Assembly: GCA_017959065.1 (NCBI GenBank)
Contig: JAGDBK010000068.1
Location: forward strand, 1-62,443
DNA length: 62,443 nt
Reading direction: 5' to 3'
DNA from: Clostridia bacterium
GTDB lineage: Bacteria > Bacillota > Clostridia > Oscillospirales > CAG-272
Position numbers and translations under genes: made by a program. A model generated the notes under the pieces. That model saw only the letters and a program-made list of their open reading frames with translations. It searched no databases and was not told the DNA's origin. Numbering within the stretch: position 1 is the first letter of the stretch; every line of letters starts with the position of its first letter. Below are positions 48,086-58,558 of this stretch, one piece after another.

Positions 48086-50410
48086 ATGTACATAAAACGT
48101 TTGTATATTGACTCATTCGGAGGCTTGAGCAAAAAGGAATACGATTTTTCGGAAGGCGTTAACATTATCCAGGGCAACAACGAATCAGGGAAATCCACGA
48201 TACTTTCCTTTATCAAGTTCATGCTCTACGGCGCACAGAGCAAACCGTCCGGAGGGCTCTCGGTTTCGGAAAGGAAACTTTTCCTTTCATGGAAAGAAGG
48301 TCGCGCGGCGGGAAACATGACCGTTGAGGTCGGCGGAAAAGAATACCGGATAGAGAGGGAGCTCTCGATCGCTTCAAGGGTCGGGGTTTCGGAAAACGGG
48401 AAGGAAGTATTCAGAGAAACCGTAGAAGTGATCAATACCGCGAACGGAGCGATCGAAATGACCGGAAAAAACCCGGGAGAGGTGTTCCTCGGTGTCTCGG
48501 AGGACGTGTTTGCGCTGACTGCCTTGGTCGGGCAGATATCCGGGGTGAGGGTCAATGGGGCCGATATATGTACCTCCATCGAGGACCTTCTGTTTTCCGC
48601 GGACGACTCCGTTAATACTGAGAAGGCGATAGGAAAACTGGATGAGGCCAGAAGAAAGCTGCTTCATAAATCAGGAAAAGGCGGAGATATTTACGATCTT
48701 GAATGTGAAAAATCCGCATTGAGGGCAAAACTGGCCGAAGCAAGAGAAGCTGCAGATGAGATTATTTCTCTTGACGAGACCGCGCAGGAGTGCAGAGATA
48801 CTATAAGTGCAAACAATGACAGGATAAGCCAGCTTGAAAAGCTATCCGAAGCAAGTGAGGCGTTTCAGGTCTCTAAACGTTTCGATACTGTTCATTTGTA
48901 CGAGAAAAAGATAAATGAGATCAAGGAAGGCCTTGAAAAGATCAAGGGCGGGGACAAACACGACGAGGATGTGCTCGTCAATCTCAGGGCAAGGACGAGA
49001 GATTATTCTGTGACCCAGCAGGCGGCGGAAGGCGCGAAGTCCAAGCTCGATGATCTGATGAGGAACGGGGGATCGATAGAAGTAGATCCTTATGTAAAAG
49101 AGATCTACCGCATGGGCGGACGCGATGCCGCGGAGAACGAGTTTGAAAGGCACTGCAAAAAAATGAAAAGACTGCTCGGCAGCGCTGTTGCGTTTCTTGT
49201 ATTCGCGGTCCTGGCGGCAGCAGGCGGAGCGGCAATAATGCTGTTGAATCTGCCTCGCGGATATGCATACGGTCTGTTTGCGCTTGCGGCGGGGCTCCTG
49301 ATCCTCAGCATCAGCGGATTTGCCAACCGGGCACGTCATAAGGAATACGTCAAATATGCTCTTTCGAAGGCGGGGGTCTCAAGGATATATGAGTTTTCGG
49401 ACGGCCTGGACAACCTTTTCGAGATTGAAAAAGAAAAAGAGCAGAAAAGGAAAGAACTGTCCGAGGCAAAACTTTCCCTTGAATATGCCAAAGAAAGGAT
49501 GAATGACGCCGGCAAAGCGGTGGCAAAAGTCCTTGAAGAGGCCGGTATCTCGGCAGAAGACTTCAATCCGGAGAGACTGGAAGAGGTTGAATCGGAACTT
49601 GAAACGAAAATAAACGGGAAAAAGACGCTCCTCGGGGCTATGGAGCGATTCACTCCGGCTCTTGAAAATGCGCTTGAGCAGGTCAAGGGATATGACGAAA
49701 GCGAGATAAAGAACACACTGAAAGACGCTGACAGAGATCTGCTGGAACGAATCAACACATCTGAATTGCGCAGAGAAAGAGAGTTTCTGATATCGTCGAC
49801 GGCCGCTCTCAACGAGAAATTGACCGAAGTCAGCAAAAGAAGGGCGGTTCTTTCTGCTCTCAGCGGCGACCCGGATGAGATGGTCGCAAGGGAAGGAGAG
49901 ATCGAGCGAAGAATTATCGAACTCAAAAAGCGCCACGATGCATATTCTCTGGCGGAAGAGGTACTTATCAGCGCCGGCGAGAGCCTGCGGAACGGTCTTT
50001 CTCCGAAGCTGAATTCCGTTGCCCGCGAGATAATGAGCGGCGTTACAGCCGGAAAATACGACAAGCTTGGAATAGGTCAGGATTTTTCCATGACTGTGGA
50101 ATCCGAAGGAACGACACACGAAGCCGACTATCTCAGCGCAGGTACCAGAGATGTGTCATATATTGCTTTGCGACTGGCTCTGATGAAGACCGTCTTTCCA
50201 GTGGAAATGCCCCCTATGCTTCTTGATGAGAGCATGGCCAGGCTGGACGACACAAGATTATCAAATATGCTGGAGACCATCAACGGGATCTCTTCGCACA
50301 AGAATATCCAGTTTATCATTTTCACCTGTCAGAAGCGCGAGGCGGAAATGGCATCAAAATATTCATTCAGAGTAACGGATCTCTCAGACGGACAGGCTTC
50401 GTTCTATTGA
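48086..50410 (+). CDS. Rad50/SbcC-like SMC ATPase with central TM hairpin (YhaN-like)
   Basis: FGGL, GNNESGKST, coiled coils, LSAGT signature, LLDES Walker B, FTC. Confidence 0.9.
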   Translation: MYIKRLYIDSFGGLSKKEYDFSEGVNIIQGNNESGKSTILSFIKFMLYGAQSKPSGGLSVSERKLFLSWKEGRAAGNMTVEVGGKEYRIERELSIASRVGVSENGKEVFRETVEVINTANGAIEMTGKNPGEVFLGVSEDVFALTALVGQISGVRVNGADICTSIEDLLFSADDSVNTEKAIGKLDEARRKLLHKSGKGGDIYDLECEKSALRAKLAEAREAADEIISLDETAQECRDTISANNDRISQLEKLSEASEAFQVSKRFDTVHLYEKKINEIKEGLEKIKGGDKHDEDVLVNLRARTRDYSVTQQAAEGAKSKLDDLMRNGGSIEVDPYVKEIYRMGGRDAAENEFERHCKKMKRLLGSAVAFLVFAVLAAAGGAAIMLLNLPRGYAYGLFALAAGLLILSISGFANRARHKEYVKYALSKAGVSRIYEFSDGLDNLFEIEKEKEQKRKELSEAKLSLEYAKERMNDAGKAVAKVLEEAGISAEDFNPERLEEVESELETKINGKKTLLGAMERFTPALENALEQVKGYDESEIKNTLKDADRDLLERINTSELRREREFLISSTAALNEKLTEVSKRRAVLSALSGDPDEMVAREGEIERRIIELKKRHDAYSLAEEVLISAGESLRNGLSPKLNSVAREIMSGVTAGKYDKLGIGQDFSMTVESEGTTHEADYLSAGTRDVSYIALRLALMKTVFPVEMPPMLLDESMARLDDTRLSNMLETINGISSHKNIQFIIFTCQKREAEMASKYSFRVTDLSDGQASFY

Positions 50411-50451
50411 AAGATGACCGGGGGATCCGGCTAACGGCTGCCACAGAATGA

Positions 50452-50489
50452 AAAAGCAGCAGAACTGCGATCGCAGTTCTGCTGCTTTT
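50452..50489. terminator. Bidirectional intrinsic terminator between yhaN and thuA
   Basis: Perfect palindrome AAAAGCAGCAGAACTGCGATCGCAGTTCTGCTGCTTTT. Confidence 0.92.
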
Positions 50490-50511
50490 GTCTTGTTCAG
50501 CGAACAAAAGA

Positions 50512-51234
50512 TTATTTATTTACGTTGTGGACCCTTTGAACATTCGGGCAATCAAGCTCCGGGATCCTGAGAACGGGTGCAGCCCAGCGCACTGCGTTGC
50601 GGATAATGGTCTGAACATTCTCGTTATAGAAGATCGGGAAGGTCTCGTGTCCCGGCTGGAAATAGAATATCCTGCCGTTCTCGCGGTGGAAAGTACATCC
50701 TGAACGGAACAGCTCTCCGCCTTCATACCAGCCCATGAATACGACTTCATCAGGCTCCGGGATACCAAAGGGCTCCGCGTAAGTTTCCACGCCGTCAAGT
50801 TCGAAATATCTTCCGATACCTTTTGCGATCGGGTGGGCGGGATTGATGGTCCAGATCCTTTCAAGATCGCCGTCTTCACGCCAGCTGAGGTTGCAGCTCG
50901 TTCCCATGAGCGCTCTGAAGATCTTTGAGTGGTGACCGGAATGAAGGACGATCAGTCCCATTCCTTTCAGGACGGATTTCCTTACTCTGTTTACGACGTT
51001 ATCCGGAACGTCGCCGTGTCTGATGTGACCCCACCAGATCAGAACGTCCGTGTCGTTAAGAACGTCCTCGGTAAGGCCGCATTCCGGATCGTCAAGCGTG
51101 GCGGTCCTTACTTCAATGTCATCGCACCTCAAAAAGTCGGCAATGGCATTGTGAATGCCGCGGGGATAAATACTTGCTACTTTTTCACTTTCCTTTTCAT
51201 GAGCGTATTCGTTCCAAACTGTCACTTTGATCAT
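50512..51234 (-). CDS. thuA: ThuA-family protein
   Basis: [40 protein letters not shown]. Start at ATG 51234. Confidence 0.92.
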   Translation of the reverse strand: MIKVTVWNEYAHEKESEKVASIYPRGIHNAIADFLRCDDIEVRTATLDDPECGLTEDVLNDTDVLIWWGHIRHGDVPDNVVNRVRKSVLKGMGLIVLHSGHHSKIFRALMGTSCNLSWREDGDLERIWTINPAHPIAKGIGRYFELDGVETYAEPFGIPEPDEVVFMGWYEGGELFRSGCTFHRENGRIFYFQPGHETFPIFYNENVQTIIRNAVRWAAPVLRIPELDCPNVQRVHNVNK

Positions 51235-51259
51235 GTTTCTATACCTCTTGTTCAAAAGA

Positions 51260-52348
51260 TTACAGGATAATTTCGTGGCCGGTCTCGGCGGATTTGTAAA
51301 TAGCTTCAAGGATCTTGATCATATTCAGGCCCTGCTCGGGGACAAATACGGGACTTGCTTTTCCGAGAACGACATCTACGAAGTTGCGTATGTTCTTCTC
51401 GTGAGGCGCCATTCCCTTCCAGTCGATTATGCCCGGGTCGATATCTGTCGTGTTGCCGTTGCTGTCTTCGCCGTAGATAAGTACTTTTCCGTTTGTATGT
51501 GTATTGTTGATTGCTCCCGCCTTGGTGCCGCGCAGTTCAAAGAAGACATCGTCTTCGGGAACGTTAGAAGCCCATGACACTTCGATCTGAAGACAAGCTC
51601 CGTTGTCAAAACGGACAAAGGCCATCGCAAGATCTTCGACATCGAAAGTCGATATCTCGCCTTCTTTGAGTTTGCCCTGGGCGCTGCCGTCATTGCCGAA
51701 AATATTGTAAGTGCATCCTGAGACGGATACCGGGGTCGGATTGCCCATGAGCCACATGGAGAGGTCGATCATATGAACGCCGAGATCTATCAGAGGACCG
51801 CCGCCGGACAGTTTCTTGTCGGAGAACCAGCTTCCGTGGGGAGGACCTCCGCGGCGGCGCTGCCATCCGCATCTGCCTGCATAGACCCAGCCGAGCTTGC
51901 CTTCTTCGATATAGTTTTTGAGGTAAGTCGAGATCGGGCGGAAACGGTTGTTTCTGATGACCATGAGCGTCTTGCCGCTCTTTTCGGCAGCGGCTTTCAT
52001 CTTTTCGGCCTCAATAACGCTTACAGCGTCGGGTTTTTCGCAGAGCACGTTGATCCCGCTGTTCAAAGCGTCAACGGCAATTATGGAATGATAATAGTTC
52101 GGAGTGCAGATATCGATCGCATCCAGCCCGGGAACCGCAAGAAGATCATGATAGTCTTCGAATACTGCCGGCGTGTAACTGAGATTTTTCTCCTTCGCGT
52201 ACTGTTCCGCTTTTTCTTTAGCTCTCTCAATGATGATATCGCAGAAAGCCACGATCTCAACTTCGTCGATGTTCAGGTAAGCGGGAAGGTGAGCCCAAGT
52301 CAGTATGCCGCCGCATCCAACGACACCCAGTTTGATTTTTTCAGACAT
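51260..52348 (-). CDS. Gfo/Idh/MocA NAD(P)-dependent oxidoreductase
   Basis: [27 protein letters not shown]. Confidence 0.95.
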   Translation of the reverse strand: MSEKIKLGVVGCGGILTWAHLPAYLNIDEVEIVAFCDIIIERAKEKAEQYAKEKNLSYTPAVFEDYHDLLAVPGLDAIDICTPNYYHSIIAVDALNSGINVLCEKPDAVSVIEAEKMKAAAEKSGKTLMVIRNNRFRPISTYLKNYIEEGKLGWVYAGRCGWQRRRGGPPHGSWFSDKKLSGGGPLIDLGVHMIDLSMWLMGNPTPVSVSGCTYNIFGNDGSAQGKLKEGEISTFDVEDLAMAFVRFDNGACLQIEVSWASNVPEDDVFFELRGTKAGAINNTHTNGKVLIYGEDSNGNTTDIDPGIIDWKGMAPHEKNIRNFVDVVLGKASPVFVPEQGLNMIKILEAIYKSAETGHEIIL

Positions 52349-52522
52349 GAATTGTTACCTCCGGTAAAAATGTAATTACATGCAACCGCTTTCGGTGAGA
52401 AAGCAAAAGGACTGTTATCCGCCCGGCAGGACCGTGGCTTCATATGCCAGCGCCGCGGTTAATCACGTCAGAACGGATCTTTCTTCAACAAGGTCCTTTA
52501 ATTCTGGTCTTAACCCGTCAGG

Positions 52523-53599
52523 TTAAAGAACTATTTCATGACCGGATTCTGCGGACTTGTAGATTCCCTCGAGTATCTTGACCATGTTAAGTCCCTGTTC
52601 GGGGACGAACATGGGTTTGACTCCGTTGAGCACGACGTCGGCAAAGTGGCGAATGTTCGCTTCATGCTGCGGACACTGGTCGTATATGCAGGGGATCATG
52701 TCTGTTACAGCGCCGTTCTCATATCCGAAGAGTTTGAGTCTGCCTCCCGAGGCTCTGCCGTCGATAGCGCCTTCCTTTGTGCCTCGCAGTTCGACGAACA
52801 GATCGTCATCGATTATGTTGGAAGCCCAAGATACCTCGACCTGAAGGCAAGCCCCGTTTTCAAAGCGGATAAATGCCATGGCAAGATCTTCCACGTCAAA
52901 AATGCTCTTTTCGCCTTCTTTAAGGATACCATCGCAGCTTCCGTCGTTGCCGAATTTGTTGTAGGTGCATCCGCTTACGGTAACAGGTTTCGGATTGCCC
53001 ATCAGCCACATGGTAAGATCTATCATATGGACGCCGAGATCGATAAGAGGACCTCCGCCGGACTCGGCTTTATTTGAGAACCAGCTTCCGTGAGGCGGAC
53101 CGCCGCGGCGGCGCTGCCATCCGCAGCGGGCTGCGTATATCTCGCCCATCTTTCCTTCTTCGATGTGCTTTTTAAGGAACTGGGATGAACCTCTGTAACG
53201 GTTGTTTCTCATGACCATGAGGGTCTTGCCGCTCTTCTCGGCGGCAACTTTCATCTTTTCAGCCTCTATGACGTTAATCGCATCAGGTTTTTCACAGAAA
53301 ACGTGAAGTCCGTGATTAAGGGCTTCAACGGCAATAATTGAGTGGAGGTAGTTGGGAGTGCAGATGTCTACCGCTTCGATCCCAGGCATGTTGATCAGAT
53401 CGATGTATTTTTCGAAAACCTGAGGAGCGGGACAGTTTTTCGCACTCTGATATCTGTTTGCGGCGCTCTGCGCTCTTTCAACGATGATATCGCAGAATGC
53501 GATTACTTCGACATTGTCCATGTGGAGATATCCCGGGAAGTGCGCGCCGTTCATGATGCCGCCGCATCCGATTACGCCGATTCTTAGCTTTCTTGACAT
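52523..53599 (-). CDS. Gfo/Idh/MocA oxidoreductase (paralog of the adjacent gene)
   Basis: Same motifs as the neighbour; shares [12 protein letters not shown]. Confidence 0.95.
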   Translation of the reverse strand: MSRKLRIGVIGCGGIMNGAHFPGYLHMDNVEVIAFCDIIVERAQSAANRYQSAKNCPAPQVFEKYIDLINMPGIEAVDICTPNYLHSIIAVEALNHGLHVFCEKPDAINVIEAEKMKVAAEKSGKTLMVMRNNRYRGSSQFLKKHIEEGKMGEIYAARCGWQRRRGGPPHGSWFSNKAESGGGPLIDLGVHMIDLTMWLMGNPKPVTVSGCTYNKFGNDGSCDGILKEGEKSIFDVEDLAMAFIRFENGACLQVEVSWASNIIDDDLFVELRGTKEGAIDGRASGGRLKLFGYENGAVTDMIPCIYDQCPQHEANIRHFADVVLNGVKPMFVPEQGLNMVKILEGIYKSAESGHEIVL

Positions 53600-53906
53600 A
53601 ACGATCACCTCATATCAGATAAAATAAAGGTATTGGACCCGGACAAATGATCCGGGCGGCGAATGAATCAGCATTTTCCTGAAGAACAGGCATTCCTGAC
53701 ATAATCGGAAAACGCTGTACAGTTACAAAAAGTTTACCACATTAAAGGAACATATGATATAATATATTTGCATATAAATATAAATTTTTTGTTATTCGCG
53801 GAATCTGTGCAATCAGCAATCCGGGGACAGGACCAATCGCAAGCGCTCCGGTCCGAATAACATGTTATCCCAAGCAAATTATTTGACTTTTTGACCGGGA
53901 GGAGCA

Positions 53907-54833
53907 ATGAAATCAGCAGGAAAAAAACCGGATAAAAAGCGGATCTCCCTGTGTGCGGACTGCGGGGAGGTGTTCACGGAATCCGAAGGGGCGGAGTGGC
54001 AGTCCAGACAGGACGACAGGATGATCGAAATCGTCATGGTCATCAGGGGCAGCTGCGATGTCAGGACCAGCGACGGAGACATTGCCCTGGTCAGGGGCAT
54101 GGCTATGGTAACGGAATGCGGATCCGGATACAGCATAAGAAGCCGCAGAAAGATCAAGGATATAAAATATGTAAAAATCGTTCCGGAACTGATTATCGAC
54201 GTTCTGGGCGCCGAAGAGGCCGCCGCGGTGATGGCGGTTTTCAGTAATACTACTACGGTTTCATTTTCCGGAAACGAAGATCTGTTTTTGTCGGTCTGCG
54301 GCGAGTTCAAAGCAATTAAAGCAGAGACAAAAAAGGGTCTGCCGGGATTCCGGACAGCTGTTCTGGCTCATATACTTAATATTTTTACGACCATATTGAG
54401 AATTAAAACAGACGGATCCGACGCAGAGGAAAAAAAGGACAATCCGAGTCCGCTGATAAGAAAATGTCTAAGTTATGTCAGGGACAACTATCCGGAGGCG
54501 ACGCTGTCCTCGGCGGCGGAGATATGCGGGGTCAGCTACTGGTATCTTTCGAGGCAGTTCAAAGAGGCTGTGGGACTGAGTTTCAGCGATTACGTCAATA
54601 CGGTCAGGATCAACAGATCGGTTTCTCAGCTTCTGAACTCGAAAGACAGTATTACTGAGATCGCCCTTTCTGTCGGGTTTTCTTCAACGAGTTATTATAT
54701 ACAGACGTTTAAGAAAATAAAAAAATGTTCACCGAACGCTCTGAGGAAACTATTCCCGCGCAGTACCGATGCGGTCGAAAAAACAGAACCGGCTGACGGA
54801 CTAACGTCGGAAAAGCCTGACGCGAATACATGA
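53907..54833 (+). CDS. AraC-family transcriptional regulator
   Basis: Cupin-like N-domain; YLSRQFK, ITEIALSVGFSS.SYY..FKK. Confidence 0.93.
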   Translation: MKSAGKKPDKKRISLCADCGEVFTESEGAEWQSRQDDRMIEIVMVIRGSCDVRTSDGDIALVRGMAMVTECGSGYSIRSRRKIKDIKYVKIVPELIIDVLGAEEAAAVMAVFSNTTTVSFSGNEDLFLSVCGEFKAIKAETKKGLPGFRTAVLAHILNIFTTILRIKTDGSDAEEKKDNPSPLIRKCLSYVRDNYPEATLSSAAEICGVSYWYLSRQFKEAVGLSFSDYVNTVRINRSVSQLLNSKDSITEIALSVGFSSTSYYIQTFKKIKKCSPNALRKLFPRSTDAVEKTEPADGLTSEKPDANT

Positions 54834-54880
54834 CATTCCCCGTGATTATTTCAGATTGTGCGGAAAAATCATGAATCCTG

Positions 54881-54909
54881 TTGAAAAAAAGAGCCGCAGA
54901 TGGTAATAT
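54881..54909 (+). promoter_or_regulatory. Putative sigma-A promoter
   Basis: TTGAAA-17 nt-TAATAT with TG. Confidence 0.5.
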
Positions 54910-54951
54910 CATTATGTAAAATCTCATTCACTTGAAACGGAGGAAAATATA

Positions 54952-56061
54952 ATGGGATATGGAAAAGGCGAAACAATCCGGGTCGGCATCATAGGATGCG
55001 GGGGTATTGCCAAAGGCAAGCATCTTCCGGGCATCAAGGAAATTGACGGGGTAGAAGTCGTAGCTCTCTGCGATATCATCCCCGAGAGAGCGGAAGCTCT
55101 TAAGGAAAAGTTCGGGCTGACCGACGCAAAGATCTATACCGACTATAAGGAACTTCTCAAGGACGAGACAATCGACGACGTTCAGGTATGCACGCCGAAC
55201 CGTTCACACAGTTTCATCACCGTGGACGCGCTTGAAGCGGGCAAGAATGTTATGGTGGAGAAGCCGATGGCTATAAATGCCGCTGAGGCGAAAAAGATGC
55301 TCGATGCAGCAAAACGCACCGGCAAAGCTCTCACCGTCGCATACCAGAACCGTCAGAATACCGAGATGAGGTATCTGTACAGAGAAGCAAGAAAAGGCAC
55401 GTTCGGCGAAATCTATTATGCCAAGGCAAAGGCGCTCCGCCGTCGCGGCGTTCCTACATGGGGCGTTTTCATGAACGAATACGAGCAGGGCGGAGGTCCT
55501 CTGATAGATATCTGCACTCACTCGCTGGACCTTACTCTGTGGATAATAGACAATTACAAGCCGAAGGTTTGCTTCGGCACGACATTCCACAAACTCGGCA
55601 AACTGCCGCCCGAGTATCAGGGCAACGGCTGGGGCAACTGGGATCCCGAAAAGTTCACTGTTGAGGATTCCGCGTTCGGCATGTGCGTTATGGAGGACGG
55701 TACGGTTGTAAGCCTTGAGTCATCATGGGCTCTCAACAATCTCGACAACGGCGAGGCAACGACAGAGATCTGCGGTACGCTCGCAGGTGCTGAGTTCAAG
55801 AACGGACTGACCATAAACGGAGTTCAGAATGGCCGCAAGTATGAGATGAAAGTGGACTGCAAGAACAGAAAGGGAGCGGATTTCTACGACGGGATAGGGG
55901 ACGAAGGTTCCACATCACGCGAACAGAGAGTCTGGTACAATTATCTCCGGGGCGAAGGAGACCTTTTCGTAAAACCCGAGCAGGCATACGTGGTAACACA
56001 GATACTTGAGGGCATTTACGAATCGGCTAAGACCGGAAAAGCATATTTCTTCAACAACTGA
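54952..56061 (+). CDS. Gfo/Idh/MocA oxidoreductase
   Basis: GIIGCGGIA, VEKP, RRRGVPTWGVF, GGPLIDICTH. Confidence 0.95.
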   Translation: MGYGKGETIRVGIIGCGGIAKGKHLPGIKEIDGVEVVALCDIIPERAEALKEKFGLTDAKIYTDYKELLKDETIDDVQVCTPNRSHSFITVDALEAGKNVMVEKPMAINAAEAKKMLDAAKRTGKALTVAYQNRQNTEMRYLYREARKGTFGEIYYAKAKALRRRGVPTWGVFMNEYEQGGGPLIDICTHSLDLTLWIIDNYKPKVCFGTTFHKLGKLPPEYQGNGWGNWDPEKFTVEDSAFGMCVMEDGTVVSLESSWALNNLDNGEATTEICGTLAGAEFKNGLTINGVQNGRKYEMKVDCKNRKGADFYDGIGDEGSTSREQRVWYNYLRGEGDLFVKPEQAYVVTQILEGIYESAKTGKAYFFNN

Positions 56062-56106
56062 GCCCGGCGCTGTTTACTTTATTGACAGAATACGGAGGAT
56101 TAGAAT

Positions 56107-57219
56107 ATGGGATACGGAAAAGGCGAGACCATTCGGGTCGGTATTATAGGATGCGGAGGAATTGCGAACGGAAAGCACATCCCCGGGATCCTTGCAATAG
56201 AAGGCGTTGAGATAGTTGCTCTCTGCGATATAATTCTCGACAAGGCTGAGAAGACCAAAGAAAGACACGGACTAGTCAATGCCAAGATCTATCAGGATTA
56301 CAAGGAACTTCTCAAGGACGAGAGCATCGATGATGTTCAGATCTGCACTCCCAACCGCTCTCACAGTTTTATAACGATAGATTCGCTGGAGGCCGGCAAG
56401 AACGTTATGGTTGAGAAGCCCATGGCCATTAATGCCGTCGAAGCGAAAAAAATGCTCGACGCGGCAAACCGTACCGGCAAATCACTCACAGTCGCATACC
56501 AGAACCGTCAGAAGCCGGAGATGCGGTATCTTCGCGATGAGGTCAAAGCGGGGACATTCGGCGATATCTATTATGCCCAGGCAACAGCTATCCGCCGCCG
56601 CGGAGTACCTACGTGGGGCGTTTTCATGAACGAGTATGAACAGGGCGGCGGTCCCCTTATAGATATCTGCACGCATTCACTCGACGGAACGCTGTGGGTA
56701 ATCGACAAGTACAAACCGAAGGTCTGCTTCGGCAAGACGTTCCACAAACTAAGCCAGCTTCCGACAGAACTTCAGGGTAACAGTTGGGGTTCCTGGGATC
56801 CTGCGAATTTCACAGTCGAAGATTCGGCTTTCGGTCTCTGCATAATGGATGACGGAACTCTTATAAGGCTTGAGACGTCATGGGCGCTGAATACGACGAC
56901 ACTGGTTCCGGAAGGAAGAACGGCGATATTCGGTACTCTGGCAGGAGCTGACTGCGTTGATTCCGATCTCAGGATCAACGGTGTTCGTGACGGCAGACAG
57001 TATGTCAAGACTATAGGATGCAAACCCAGCAAGGGAGCCGCATATTTTGACGGCGTAGGCGATGAGGATATAAAGATCCGCGAGCAGAGAGTATGGTACA
57101 ATTATCTACGCGGTGAAGGCGAGCTCTTTGTGAAGCCGGAACAGGCATATGTCGTCAGCCAGATTCTTGAAGGGATCTATGAGTCTTCAAGGACGGGAAA
57201 AGAAGTCGTGTTTGACTGA
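56107..57219 (+). CDS. Gfo/Idh/MocA oxidoreductase (tandem paralog)
   Basis: Identical N-terminus MGYGKGETIRVGIIGCGGIA and shared motifs with the preceding gene. Confidence 0.95.
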   Translation: MGYGKGETIRVGIIGCGGIANGKHIPGILAIEGVEIVALCDIILDKAEKTKERHGLVNAKIYQDYKELLKDESIDDVQICTPNRSHSFITIDSLEAGKNVMVEKPMAINAVEAKKMLDAANRTGKSLTVAYQNRQKPEMRYLRDEVKAGTFGDIYYAQATAIRRRGVPTWGVFMNEYEQGGGPLIDICTHSLDGTLWVIDKYKPKVCFGKTFHKLSQLPTELQGNSWGSWDPANFTVEDSAFGLCIMDDGTLIRLETSWALNTTTLVPEGRTAIFGTLAGADCVDSDLRINGVRDGRQYVKTIGCKPSKGAAYFDGVGDEDIKIREQRVWYNYLRGEGELFVKPEQAYVVSQILEGIYESSRTGKEVVFD

Positions 57220-57271
57220 TCTTGTTTTAAACATATAAGACAGACTGAAATTCTTTATTCAAACAAAACAG

Positions 57272-57313
57272 AAGCAGTGTCCTCCCGGAATACGGGTCAG
57301 GACACTGCTTTTT
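57272..57313 (+). terminator. Intrinsic terminator
   Basis: AAGCAGTGTCCT...AGGACACTGCTT followed by TTT. Confidence 0.85.
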
Positions 57314-57339
57314 GATTGGAGCCGAACAGGCGTTAATAA

Positions 57340-58068
57340 ACCCCCAGTTCAACTGGGGGTAAGTAAAAAACACTTTAGTATAAGAAAGAGAAAATCTCCT
57401 GTGATAAACTAAGTGCGGTCTGGCAACCACACAAAGGAACACAGGAGGTTTTGTCATGAAAGATGACGTACAAAGTTTAACACATAGCAAGTGGAGATGC
57501 AAGTACCATATAGTATTTGCACCGAAGTACCGAAGGCAAATCATATATGGAAAAATCAAGGCGGATATAGGGAAAATATTAAGAGAATTGAGTGAGAGGA
57601 AGGGAGTAGAGATATTGGAAGCGGAGTGCTGTCAAGATCATATACATATGCTTGTATCGATACCGCCACATATGAGTGTATCAGAGTATATGGGGTATTT
57701 GAAGAGCAAGAGCAGTCTAATGATATTTGATCGGCACGCCAATCTCAAATACAAGTATGGTAACAGGCATTTTTGGTGCAGAGGATACTATGTCGATACA
57801 GTAGGAAAGTACGAAACGGCGATAAGAGACTATATCAGAAATCAATTGCAGGATGACATAGCCAATGACCAGATTAGCCTAAAAGAGTTCGTAGACCCGT
57901 TTACGGGTGAGCCGGTGAAATAAGGCATAAAACAAGCCCCCGAGAAGGGGGCTCGCCAGAAATAATAGTGTGATTGCTAGACTATTTCGGTGCCCCCTTT
58001 AGGGGGCAACCACAGGAGATAAGCCCTTATAGGGCTTGGTCAAACCACCGGTTCAACCGGTGGTTTTG
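57340..58068 (+). mobile_element. IS200/IS605-family element (tnpA only)
   Basis: Subterminal hairpins ACCCCCAGTT-C-AACTGGGGGT (57340-57360) and AAACCACCGGTT-C-AACCGGTGGTTT (58042-58066); three more hairpins after tnpA. Exact ends are approximate. Confidence 0.9.
57456..57923 (+). CDS. tnpA: IS200-family Y1 HUH transposase
   Basis: YHIVFAPKYRR, DHIH (HUH), FWCRGYY, YIRNQ. Confidence 0.97.
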   Translation: MKDDVQSLTHSKWRCKYHIVFAPKYRRQIIYGKIKADIGKILRELSERKGVEILEAECCQDHIHMLVSIPPHMSVSEYMGYLKSKSSLMIFDRHANLKYKYGNRHFWCRGYYVDTVGKYETAIRDYIRNQLQDDIANDQISLKEFVDPFTGEPVK

Positions 58069-58177
58069 ATTTGTGCCGGACTGCCGCATCGATATGACGG
58101 AGCGAAATTTTCGTTATGAAACCGTGTATTACATTGAGATTCAAATAATATTACTGAAATATTTATCAGTTTAACTA

Positions 58178-58206
58178 TTGATATATTTGCTGATGCCTGA
58201 TATAAT
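58178..58206 (+). promoter_or_regulatory. Sigma-A promoter of TA operon
   Basis: TTGATA-17 nt-TATAAT; imperfect palindrome ACTGAAATATTTATCAGT just upstream is a candidate operator. Confidence 0.75.
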
Positions 58207-58234
58207 GTCAGAGAAAAAGAAGGAGGTACCTATT

Positions 58235-58558
58235 ATGCCTGATATGACGAATGCAATCACCAATACGATCTCTATAGCGCTCTTCAATCGCGGATTGGCG
58301 GGAAAGGTCTTTGAAGACGTGAAAAGAAGCGGTGCAAAGGTGGTTATAAAAAATAACGCTCCCGAATGTGTGCTTCTCTCTCCTGACGAGTATGTAAAAC
58401 TTATGGATGAGGTAAACGACGCGCGTCTTCTCTCTCTCGCCGCCGAACGTATGGCGAACTTTGACGCGTCGGGCGCCATACCTGAAGCGGAAGCGTTGAA
58501 AGAATTGGGGATCACCGCCGACGAACTCGCCGACGCTGACAAGGTGGAGATTGAATGA
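58235..58558 (+). CDS. Phd/YefM-family antitoxin
   Basis: TISIALFNRG.AGKVF, VVIKNNAPECVLLSPDEY, acidic C-terminus; AAGGAGG SD. Confidence 0.88.
   Translation: MPDMTNAITNTISIALFNRGLAGKVFEDVKRSGAKVVIKNNAPECVLLSPDEYVKLMDEVNDARLLSLAAERMANFDASGAIPEAEALKELGITADELADADKVEIE

Noticed and set aside
57924-58068. CRISPR array or TnpB/omega-RNA in the hairpin series after tnpA
   Set aside because: The hairpins are not identical repeats with spacers, and there is no tnpB or cas ORF; they fit an IS200 right end.
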